This document shows positions 1 to 9,700 of a DNA stretch of 64,000 nucleotides, in pieces (positions within the stretch are counted from its first letter, which is position 1; each line of letters opens with the position of its first letter). The position numbers were made by a program, and so were the translations under genes. Source of the DNA: Candidatus Levyibacteriota bacterium (lineage in GTDB: Bacteria; Patescibacteriota; Microgenomatia; Levybacterales; UBA12049); the NCBI GenBank assembly GCA_003173895.1, contig PJMG01000002.1, forward strand, positions 26,974 through 90,973. The letters are read 5' to 3'. The notes beneath the pieces were generated by a model that searched no databases, was not told where the DNA came from, and saw only the letters and a list, made by a program, of their open reading frames with translations.

Positions 1-148
1 AAATTTCTGTATAAGGCTCCGGCTCCGGAATTAACTCCCACTTTTTAAGATTATCAATAATATTTGCTCTAAAATAAAAAAGTAAGGCACTAGCAATAAC
101 TAAAACTAAGGTAATTATTAATACCGTAATTATTAACTTTTTATTCAT
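1..148 (-). CDS. N-terminal part of a membrane-anchored protein, truncated by the window edge (possibly DUF1616-like)
   Basis: Manual translation from ATG at 148: MNKKLIITVLIITLVLVIASALLFYFRANIIDNLKKWELIPEPEPYTEI..., open to the edge; basic N-terminus followed by a hydrophobic helix. Confidence 0.65.
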   Translation of the reverse strand, partial: MNKKLIITVLIITLVLVIASALLFYFRANIIDNLKKWELIPEPEPYTEI

Positions 149-196
149 ATTCTTTTGTAAAATTTTACTTGCTATATGTAAGAACTGTGTAAATTT

Positions 197-1342
197 TCAT
201 AATAATGTGGATATAAGTTTATAAGTTTTTTCAACTTGTTTATCCCACGTGAAATTTTCTATAACTTTTTTGTATCCTTCTTCTCCCAATTTTTTAGCTA
301 ACTTAGAATTTTTTATAAGTTTTTCAATGGCAGTTGCTAAAGCTTCTGAGTTTTTAGGAGGGACTAAAATACCAGTTTTATTATTATCTACCACAAACGG
401 AATTCCACCAACTTTAGTAGCTATTACTGGTTTCTTTGATATCCCAGCTTCTATTAAAACAATCCCAAATCCTTCGGAATTATTTATGGTAGGAAGGACA
501 ACCAAAGAAGCATTTTTGTAGTATAAAGGCAACATTTTATCTGTTACGTTTTCTGCAAACACAATGTCTTTATTGATATTTAATTTAGTAGCAAGTCCCT
601 CAAAATAATTTTTATTATTGCCTTTACCAACAATGACTAATTTCAATATCGTATTTCTTTTTTTTAAAATACAAATGGCTGATAACAAATAATCTAATCC
701 TTTATGACTATGAGTTTTATCTAATTGCCCTACAAATAATATATAACCTGAAGAAATGGAAAATTTAATATTTCTTATTTTTTCAAACCTGTCTTTATAA
801 ACACCAGGCGGCACAATAGAAATTTTGTTTAAATATTTTTTAAGATATGGTGAATTATTTGCATAATATGCAGAAGAGCAAATAATTTTTTTGGAATTTT
901 TAAAGATAAAATTCCCAACTGTTTTGTAATAAAATTTAAGAATATTATTTATTAAGTTGGAATTTTTAAATAAATCATTTTGGTAAGTTAAAACAAAAGG
1001 AATTTTATTTACTTTAGCCAGAAATCCTCCTAAATCTGCCATAAATGGTACTGGAGTGTGTCCATTAATTAGATCCGGCTTTTCTTTATTAATAATTTTT
1101 TGAACGTAAAAAAACCATAAAATATTAATTGGTGTATTGGATAGTTTAAACCAAGTTGGTAAGCGATAAATTTTTATTCTACCTAAATTATCTTCTTCAT
1201 ATTTGTTGTTTATATGGTTAGAAGTAATAACTACCACATCAATCTTATATCGTTCATTTAACCCTCTTAAAATAGCTAAAGCATAATTTTCTAGGCCGCC
1301 AATTTTAGGATAAAAGTATGGAATAGTAACTAATATTTTCAT
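197..1342 (-). CDS. Glycosyltransferase family 4 (GT-B)
   Basis: YFYPKIGGLE N-terminal motif, HKGLDYL, EGFGIVLIEA (E-X7-E), KPVIATKVGG. Confidence 0.93.
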   Translation of the reverse strand: MKILVTIPYFYPKIGGLENYALAILRGLNERYKIDVVVITSNHINNKYEEDNLGRIKIYRLPTWFKLSNTPINILWFFYVQKIINKEKPDLINGHTPVPFMADLGGFLAKVNKIPFVLTYQNDLFKNSNLINNILKFYYKTVGNFIFKNSKKIICSSAYYANNSPYLKKYLNKISIVPPGVYKDRFEKIRNIKFSISSGYILFVGQLDKTHSHKGLDYLLSAICILKKRNTILKLVIVGKGNNKNYFEGLATKLNINKDIVFAENVTDKMLPLYYKNASLVVLPTINNSEGFGIVLIEAGISKKPVIATKVGGIPFVVDNNKTGILVPPKNSEALATAIEKLIKNSKLAKKLGEEGYKKVIENFTWDKQVEKTYKLISTLL

Positions 1343-2496
1343 AATTTATAAGCATCAATAATTTGATTAACTATTAAATTCCAATCATATTTTTTAGCAA
1401 TTGCTACTATTTTTTCTTTATTAAGTGAATGTTTTAATAAATAAGTGGCTTTTTTTGCAAATATTTTTGGATTCAAGTTAATGCTATATCCATTTACTCC
1501 ATTACTAATTAAATCTTTAGCGGCATTTGATGGATCATTGGTAGTGATAACAGGAATACCTAAAGCATTAGCTTCCAAAACTACTAATCCAAAGCCTTCT
1601 CTAGTAGATGGAAAAACAAAAATTTTGGATGATTTAATTAATTGAAATAATTTCTTGTGATCATCAAAAAAACTATATACTTTTATATTATTATTTAAAT
1701 TGTTTAATTCAATTTGTTTAATTAATACTGCTTTTTCAGGTCCATCACCAATAATTAAACATAAAATATTAGGAAATTCTTTTTTTAAAATTTTTACACT
1801 ATCAATTAAAACATTTACATTCTTATGACTTAAAAGTCTGCCTGCGAAAATTAAATCCGAAGATTCCTTATCCTTTTTAATATTTAGAAATTCATTAAAA
1901 TTTATACCACATGGAACAGTAATAACTTTTACATTTTTATTCAATAAAATTTTAAATAAATTTGTAGTATGCGAAGAAATGGAGATGATTTTATCCGGTA
2001 AATAAGAACTAATTTTTTCTATAAATGCTCCTAAAACTCCCATTTTACCCATATAAGAAATCCAATAATCTTTTCCCCACACTTCATTCCATGATGCAAG
2101 AAACTTTTTTCTTTTAAATACGCAAACAATTTTTAGAGGAAATAACACTAAGTGAGGCATGTGATCAGCATCTAAAATATCAAAATCTTCTGAAATTAGC
2201 TTGAAACAGTTTAATCCAAAAAAAATTGCTTCTTTTATAGATCTTCTTTCCCCTGAATATAGTGGATATAAAGGACTAATAGCCTTTAATATTAATCCAT
2301 TTTCTCGCTTAGTCGCCTCACCTTCCCACCATTTCATGGTATAAACAATTACTTGGTAACCCCTTTTAGCCAGTCGGGTAGAAATTTCATAGATACGTTT
2401 TTCTTTACCTCCCTTGTTATATGGATAAATAGCATCACTTACTATTGCTATTTTTTTTATTTTATTAGACAAGGGCTGCAGCATATCAATAGTCAA
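1339..2496 (-). CDS. Glycosyltransferase family 4
   Basis: YPYNKGGKE, GRLLSHKNV, REGFGLVVLEA. Confidence 0.93.
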   Translation of the reverse strand: MTIDMLQPLSNKIKKIAIVSDAIYPYNKGGKEKRIYEISTRLAKRGYQVIVYTMKWWEGEATKRENGLILKAISPLYPLYSGERRSIKEAIFFGLNCFKLISEDFDILDADHMPHLVLFPLKIVCVFKRKKFLASWNEVWGKDYWISYMGKMGVLGAFIEKISSYLPDKIISISSHTTNLFKILLNKNVKVITVPCGINFNEFLNIKKDKESSDLIFAGRLLSHKNVNVLIDSVKILKKEFPNILCLIIGDGPEKAVLIKQIELNNLNNNIKVYSFFDDHKKLFQLIKSSKIFVFPSTREGFGLVVLEANALGIPVITTNDPSNAAKDLISNGVNGYSINLNPKIFAKKATYLLKHSLNKEKIVAIAKKYDWNLIVNQIIDAYKL

Positions 2497-3262
2497 GATC
2501 AGAACTTATAAAAAAAGGAGCGGATTTTTTACTATAGTCCGTTTGTAATCTATGTGGTTTCCAGAAAATATTTTTAAAAAACATATTTAAAATTATTAAA
2601 CCATCTCTTATAGCTTCCACTTTAGTCTCACCTTCGCGTTTGTCATAAGTTATAGGCACAGAACATATTTCATAACCTAGACGAACCATTTTAGTAATCA
2701 TTTCCATTTCAATAGAAAATCCATCAGATTCTAGATATGGTTTTAGTTCATCAATTACATTTTTTTTCCATGCAAAATATCCACTTAATACATCCGTAGT
2801 ATTTGCGTTATAAAAATGTCTAACTAAAAATGTATATCCCCAATTAGCAATTCTATTTTTTAAAAACAATGAATTCTCCTTTAATTTACCCCCTAATCTA
2901 GATCCTATTACTACATCAGCAAAATCACTTTCTAAAGGTTCTATCATGCGAATGATTTCACTCCCTTTATAAGTATTATCACCATCCAACATGACTATAA
3001 AATCAGTATCCTGACTTAAATAACTAAATCCGGTTCGTAAAGCATTACCTTTACCCTTTTTAGTTTCATTAATAACATAAGCTCCTTTTTCTCTAGCAAT
3101 AGCTTCAGTACCATCAGTAGAATTATTATTTATTACAATAATTTCTATTAAATATCCCAATTGTTTAAGCTTTGATTTTGGAAGATTATCAATGACCTTT
3201 CCTATTCCATCTTCTTCATTATGACATGGGATTAAAACTGTTAACTTTTTATTCATTTTCAT
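2486..3262 (-). CDS. Glycosyltransferase family 2, polyprenol-phosphate glycosyltransferase (DPM-like)
   Basis: VLIPCHNEE, NNNSTDGT, GKGNA, MLDGDNTY (DxD), GSR, TDVLSGY, FSIEME. Confidence 0.9.
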   Translation of the reverse strand: MKMNKKLTVLIPCHNEEDGIGKVIDNLPKSKLKQLGYLIEIIVINNNSTDGTEAIAREKGAYVINETKKGKGNALRTGFSYLSQDTDFIVMLDGDNTYKGSEIIRMIEPLESDFADVVIGSRLGGKLKENSLFLKNRIANWGYTFLVRHFYNANTTDVLSGYFAWKKNVIDELKPYLESDGFSIEMEMITKMVRLGYEICSVPITYDKREGETKVEAIRDGLIILNMFFKNIFWKPHRLQTDYSKKSAPFFISSDLDY

Positions 3263-3415
3263 ACTATTATTTTATGTTTATTAAAAAACATATCAACTAA
3301 CTTAGCAATTACAATGTAAGAAATTGTCGTAATTCTTTTATAGAAAATGTGTAAGAAGATTGTAAAAGTATACTAGCGTCTGGAATTAAAAAGGGTAAAA
3401 TGTTACTATTTCTTT

Positions 3416-4213
3416 ATGAATCAATTATCAATTGATGTAAGAAATGTTTCTAAAATATTTAAAGGATTTACTGCGGTAAATAATATTTCATTCTCAGTAA
3501 AAAAAGGAGAAATTTTTGCCTTTCTAGGTCCAAATGGAGCTGGAAAAAGTACTACTATAAAGATGTTAACCACTCTTCTTAGTCCAACTAAAGGTGAAAT
3601 TTTGGTAAATGGTTTTAATACTCAAAATCAGAAAAATGAAGTTAGAAAATCTTTTGGAATAGTTTTCCAAGATCCTAGCATTGATGACCAATTAACTGCT
3701 AATGAAAATATGAGAATTCATGCTGCTTTATATAATGTTCCAAAGGAAATGGTAAAAGTACGAATAGAAGAACTTTTAAAATTTGTAGATTTATATGATA
3801 AAAGAAATGAGTTAGTAAAGACCTTTTCAGGAGGAATGAGAAGAAGGTTAGAAATAGCCCGTGGTTTACTTCACACACCAGCAGTTCTATTTTTAGATGA
3901 ACCTACTTCAGGATTGGATCCTCAAACTAGAAATAGTATGTGGGAATATATTGAAGCTATTAATAAAGAGAATAATATGACTATATTTTTTACTACACAC
4001 TATTTAGAAGAAGCAGAAAAAAATGCTCAAAAAATCGCTATTATAGATCATGGAAAAATTATTGCTCAAGGAACTTCAAAAGAGCTAGAAAAGCAAACAA
4101 AAACTAAAACATTAGAAGAAGCTTTCTTAAAAATGACTGGCAAAAAAATCAGAGAAGATGAAACTGGAAATGAAATAGCCAAATTAAGAATGGTTATGCG
4201 TCATAGACAATAA
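3416..4213 (+). CDS. ABC transporter ATP-binding protein (DrrA/NodI-like)
   Basis: Walker A GPNGAGKST, signature FSGGMRRR, Walker B LFLDEP, TTH. Confidence 0.95.
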   Translation: MNQLSIDVRNVSKIFKGFTAVNNISFSVKKGEIFAFLGPNGAGKSTTIKMLTTLLSPTKGEILVNGFNTQNQKNEVRKSFGIVFQDPSIDDQLTANENMRIHAALYNVPKEMVKVRIEELLKFVDLYDKRNELVKTFSGGMRRRLEIARGLLHTPAVLFLDEPTSGLDPQTRNSMWEYIEAINKENNMTIFFTTHYLEEAEKNAQKIAIIDHGKIIAQGTSKELEKQTKTKTLEEAFLKMTGKKIREDETGNEIAKLRMVMRHRQ

Positions 4214-4219
4214 TTTATT

Positions 4220-4963
4220 ATGAAAGCAATTTATATTTTATGGCTTAGACAAGTTATTAGATATTTTAGAACTAGATCCAGAATAATTGGTGCTTTAGGT
4301 CAACCACTATTATTCTTGTTTGCACTAGGGTATGGATTAGGTCCAATTTTTGCTAAAGCAGGCAATGGAAATTATATAGAATTTTTAGTGCCGGGAGTTG
4401 TAGCACAAAGCATACTCTTTACTTCACTTTTTTCTGGTATTGACGTAATTTGGGATAAGCAATTCGGATTTTTAAAAGAAACTTTAGCTGCTCCTGTATC
4501 TAGACTCGAAATAATGTTAGGAAGATCATTGGGAGGAGCAACTGTAGCTGTTTTTCAAGGAATTATAGTTTTTCTTTTGTCATTTTTAGCAGGATTTAAA
4601 CCCAAAAATTGGGAATCTATTTTTATCATTTTTATTATGTTTTTAATGGCATTATTTTTCACAAGTCTGGGTACAGCTATAGCTTCTCTTTTAGATGATT
4701 TACAGGGTTTTCAACTTATAATGAATTTTTTAGTTATGCCACTTTTTTTCTTATCTGGTTCTCTTTTTCCACTTAATAATGCACCATATGTTTTAAAAAT
4801 TATAGCGTCCTTTGATCCTTTAAGTTTCGGCGTAGATGCTATAAGATTTTTATTAACCGGTACAACTCAATTTGGATTACCAATTGATATAACTGTGTTA
4901 TCTATTTGTACCGTAGTAATGGTAACGATGGGCGCTTGGTTATTTTCCAAAATAGAAATATAA
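4220..4963 (+). CDS. ABC-2 type transporter permease (DrrB-like)
   Basis: About six hydrophobic segments, WDKQFGFLKETLAAP, FLSGSLFP; adjacent to the ATPase gene. Confidence 0.92.
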   Translation: MKAIYILWLRQVIRYFRTRSRIIGALGQPLLFLFALGYGLGPIFAKAGNGNYIEFLVPGVVAQSILFTSLFSGIDVIWDKQFGFLKETLAAPVSRLEIMLGRSLGGATVAVFQGIIVFLLSFLAGFKPKNWESIFIIFIMFLMALFFTSLGTAIASLLDDLQGFQLIMNFLVMPLFFLSGSLFPLNNAPYVLKIIASFDPLSFGVDAIRFLLTGTTQFGLPIDITVLSICTVVMVTMGAWLFSKIEI

Positions 4964-4999
4964 AATTATGTGTAAAGATGAATAATTAGAAAGTTAATT

Positions 5000-6082
5000 T
5001 TATTTAAAATATTTATCTCTAACTTTAAGTATAGGTTTTTCTATAAATAAATAAGTTATAGTTGAAGTCAAAAATGTAGATATCAAGGCAAAAGGAATCA
5101 AAACTACATTTGAAAAATGTTTACCTAAAATTACAATTATTAGTGTAAAAATTTCTAAATGAATTAAGTATAAAGAATATGAAATCAAACTAGTCCAAGT
5201 AATAAATTTTCCTAGATATTTAAATCTTTTAAAGAAATTTTCAATCGCTTGGCTATTTTCTATAAAAGGAATTAAAAGAGCTATAATAAAACTGATTATA
5301 CTAAAACCAAAAGTTCGAAGAAAAAAAGACTTATCTAATCCTGATTGCATAAAAACATACGTATAATAGATTCCACTTAATAATAAAAACACAAAGGATA
5401 TCAAGAACACTTTCCCTTTTTGTAATACTTTATAAAAATTATTAAAATTTAACTTTATAAAAGCTAAAAGTACACCAAAAAGTAGTGAATCAAAACGGAA
5501 AGGAATAAAAACTCTAACCACTTCAAACGCTGGATTAAATATTAAGATATAGAGAAAACGCAAAATTATTATGAGAAATATGACAAATATTAATTGAAGA
5601 AATAATTTTCTAGTAGAGTTTTTTAATAAAAATGAAATATAGAAAAATACTGGTAGTAAAAAGTAAAACCATTCTTCTATAGATAAACTCCAAGCTATAC
5701 TAAAAAAGAATCTTTCATTAAGATTGAAATTTTGTAAAAACAAAAAGTGCCATAAATGAAAATTATTATTTTTATAAACTATTTCACTACCGATTATAAA
5801 TAAAATTAAAATTCCATAATATAAGGGTAGTGTTCTTAACCATCTTTTTGCATAAAATTTTTTAACTTTTTCCCAAGAAAAATCTTTATCTAGTGATCTA
5901 AGTCCAATCTGACCAATTAAAAATCCACTTAAAACAAAGAAAATCTCTACACCATAAAAACCTAGAACCTCTAATGGATTGAGATTCACGAGAGCAGGGA
6001 AGAAATAACCTACATGATCAATTAAAACCAATATTATGGCACTGGCTCGAATAAGATCTAATCCGAAGTTTCTTGATTTCAT
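5000..6082 (-). CDS. Membrane acyltransferase family 3 (OafA/OatA-like)
   Basis: GLDLIRA, GVEIFFVLSGFL, RWLRTLP, WSLSIEEWFY, SYSLYLIH, IEKP. Confidence 0.93.
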   Translation of the reverse strand: MKSRNFGLDLIRASAIILVLIDHVGYFFPALVNLNPLEVLGFYGVEIFFVLSGFLIGQIGLRSLDKDFSWEKVKKFYAKRWLRTLPLYYGILILFIIGSEIVYKNNNFHLWHFLFLQNFNLNERFFFSIAWSLSIEEWFYFLLPVFFYISFLLKNSTRKLFLQLIFVIFLIIILRFLYILIFNPAFEVVRVFIPFRFDSLLFGVLLAFIKLNFNNFYKVLQKGKVFLISFVFLLLSGIYYTYVFMQSGLDKSFFLRTFGFSIISFIIALLIPFIENSQAIENFFKRFKYLGKFITWTSLISYSLYLIHLEIFTLIIVILGKHFSNVVLIPFALISTFLTSTITYLFIEKPILKVRDKYFK

Positions 6083-6086
6083 AAAT

Positions 6087-6563
6087 TTATCGCATTTTTA
6101 TTTTCTTAGCAGGAATTCCACCAACTATGCACATTGAAGGAACATCTTTAGTAACTACTGCTCCTGCAGCTATTATGGCCCCTTTACCAATGTGTACCCC
6201 TGGAAGTATAAGCACATTTGCCCCAATCCAAACATTATCTTCAATTACTATCCTATTAAATGGGCCAAAACCTTGATCTATAATAGCCTTTTTTTTGTCG
6301 GAAAAATTATGATTGGCCGTAGTGATAAGCGTATTCTGACCAATTAAAACATTATTTCCAATCTTAATTAGACCGTTATATGAGTCTAATTCTACATCGT
6401 GGTTAATGTATAAATTTGATCCTAAATCAATATTTTCACCTCTTTTGAATCTAAAATTACCTAAAATAACCACATCTTTACCCACTGATTTTAGGAAAAA
6501 AGAATTAATAAAAACTCTTATTTTTACAATAGAGTAAAATAGTTTAATACGAAAAAAATACAT
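6087..6563 (-). CDS. Hexapeptide-repeat (left-handed beta-helix) acetyltransferase
   Basis: [50 protein letters not shown]. Confidence 0.92.
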   Translation of the reverse strand: MYFFRIKLFYSIVKIRVFINSFFLKSVGKDVVILGNFRFKRGENIDLGSNLYINHDVELDSYNGLIKIGNNVLIGQNTLITTANHNFSDKKKAIIDQGFGPFNRIVIEDNVWIGANVLILPGVHIGKGAIIAAGAVVTKDVPSMCIVGGIPAKKIKMR

Positions 6564-6774
6564 AGGCGTATTTTATACTTATAGCAAGCTTTTTACAATA
6601 GACTAAATATTGACTTTGTTTAATTCCAGCAAGCTAATTGCTTATTGCAATCAAGCGTCATTATGCTAAAATATATCTCATAATATGTATTCCAGTAAAT
6701 AAGAAGATACCTGAATTCATTTTTGCTCTGCCCTACGTTTTCTTCGCGTAAGTATTCTGGATAACTTATATGAT

Positions 6775-9700
6775 ATGAGAAAAATATCTGTTGTTATTCC
6801 AGTGTGGAACGAGGAGCAAAATATAGCTTCTTTGGTAAAACGTGTCCATGATAGTCTGTCTAAAGAAAAAATAACTTACGAAATTGTCTTCATTGATGAC
6901 CACTCTACAGATGATACTAAAAAAATACTAAAAACACTTGCTAAGAAATATAATATATCAATTTTTGATAAAGAGGGTAAAAAAGGTAAATCATTTTCTT
7001 TAATAGAAGGTTTTGAAAAAGCTCAAAATGACATTGTAGCTATGATTGACGCTGATCTTCAATATCCACCCGAAGCACTTCCAAAAATGTTAGAAAAAAT
7101 TGAAAAGGGAGAAGCAGATATCGTAGTAGCAAATCGCGTTAAAGTTAATACTTCAAAAATCAGAAAATTTATTAGTCGTAGCTTCCGTTTTATTTTTGGA
7201 AAAGTTTTATTTGGTTTAGAAAATGATATACAAGCAGGATTAAAAGTTTTAAGAAAAGAGTTAATTTATGAAGCTAATATTAACCCAAGTTCTAGCTGGA
7301 CTTTAGACTTAGAGTTGCTTCATAAAGCTAAAAATTTAGGATATGTCATTCAAAATTATGATATATTTTTTGAAAAAAGAAAAAATGGGAAATCTAAGGT
7401 TTCTTTAGTTAAAGCGAGCTTGGAGATAGGACTAAATGCTTTATCTGTAAGACTTAAACCTCTTACACCGACTCATTTACGACCTTCTAGTAGACAATCT
7501 ATGTTAGGTGCAGGAATAAAGCACAGTGGAAGAACTTTTGTCACTCATACTACTCTTCATTATTCTCAATCTGCACTTCAAACATTTATTTTTAAACAGA
7601 AAATTTTTATTTTTATAGCAATAATAGCCACTTTAACCGGCCTTATTTTAAATCCGATTTTAACACTTCAAATAATTATTGGTATTTTAAGTTTTATTTA
7701 TTTTATCGATGTTTGTTTTAATTTTTACCTCATTATAAAAAGTCTTCATCAACCTCAGGAAATAACTACTAGCGAAGAAGAATTAGCCCAAATTAATGAA
7801 TCCAAGCTACCAATTTATTCTATACTCTGTCCACTTTATAAAGAAGCTCATATCATACCACAGTTTTTAGAATCTATTGATAAGCTGGATTATCCGAAAA
7901 ATAAACTTGATGTTATGCTTCTTTTAGAGGAAGATGATCAAACTTCTATTGATACTGTAAAACAAATGCCTCTCCCTTCTTATGTTAGAATGTTAGTAGT
8001 ACCTAATTCTCAACCTAAAACTAAACCAAAAGCGTGTAACTATGGACTAGCATATGCTAAAGGAGAATATTTAGTTATTTATGATGCAGAAGATATCCCT
8101 GATTCTATGCAACTAAAAAAAGCATATTTAGCATTTAAAAAAGTCGATTCTAAGGTTTTTTGTTTACAAGCTAAACTTAATTATTATAATCCTCATCAGA
8201 ATTTATTAACTAGATTTTTTACTGCTGAGTATTCTTTATGGTTTGATATCACTTTAACTGGACTTCAATCAATCAATACAAGTATTCCTTTGGGTGGAAC
8301 TAGTAATCATTTTAAAACCATAAATTTAAAAAAACTAGAAGGTTGGGATCCATTTAATGTTACGGAAGATGCTGATTTAGGAATAAGACTTTTTAAGCAG
8401 GGTTATAAGACTGCTATAATTGATTCTGTAACTTTAGAAGAAGCCAATAGTAAATGGGGAAATTGGTTAAGACAAAGATCTAGATGGATCAAGGGTTACA
8501 TGCAAACTTATTTGGTCCACACCAGAAATAATCTTAGATTTGCTAAGGAAACTGGTTGGCATTCTTTAATTTTTCAGCTTGTAGTAGGAGGAAAAATAGC
8601 TTTTATTCTTATTAATCCGTTCCTTTGGATAACCACGATTGCTTACTTTAGTTTAAATGCTATTGTAGGACCAACTATTGAATCTTTATATCCTCCATTT
8701 GTATTTTATATGGCAGCTTTTTCTTTAGTAGTTGGTAATTTTCTCTTTTTATATTATTTTATGATTGGAGCAGCTAAGCGTGAACAATGGAGTCTTATTA
8801 AATATATTTTTTTAACTCCCTTTTATTGGTTGATGATAAGTATTGCTGGATGCATTGCTTTATATCAGTTACTATTCAAGCCTCATTATTGGGAAAAAAC
8901 CATTCATGGCTTTTATAAAAATAAAAAGAAAGATGATGATTTAGTAGCCCGTGCTGTAGTAGAAACTAGTGCTATAGAAAATATATCATTCCCTAAAAAA
9001 GTTTGGAAGCAATTTACGTCTAAAATTTTAGAGAAATATTTTGGACAAGGTTTTATTTTGATAATTTCCACAATAATTTCCAATATAGTTAATTATTTTT
9101 ATATCGCATATTTAGGGAGAACTATAAGTTTTCAAGATTTAGCATTAGTCGGTTTAATAAATAGTTTTTATTATATTACTAGTATTCCATTTGGAGCACT
9201 ATTCTCGACAGTTTCATATAAAGGAGCATTTATAGAAGGTAAATACGGGAAAAATTCAGCGAGTACATTTTTTACTCATGCTAAAAAACAGGCTAAAATT
9301 TTCACCATTATCTTTGTAGGCATTTGGATTATTTTTTCTCCTTTTATGGCCAGTTTTTTTAACTTATCTAATATTTTACCTATTTTACTTTTTACATTCG
9401 TTTGGATTGGCGGCTCAGCATATTTTATAAATAGAGGATTTATATTTGGAACATTTGGGTTTATTTCTTTATCACTTATTTATATTTTTGAACCAATAAT
9501 AAAATTCATTTTATCTATTATTTTAGTTCATTATAACTTAGCATATTTTACATACGGTAGTATTCCAATATCATTTTTCTTAGGTTTTCTTCTTAGTGAA
9601 TTTTTAGTAAGAAAAAATAAAAAATTAACTAAAGTCGATTTAGGAAATGATAGTAAATTTCCTTATAAATTCTTTTTTATTTCTACTCTATCGGGTCTTT

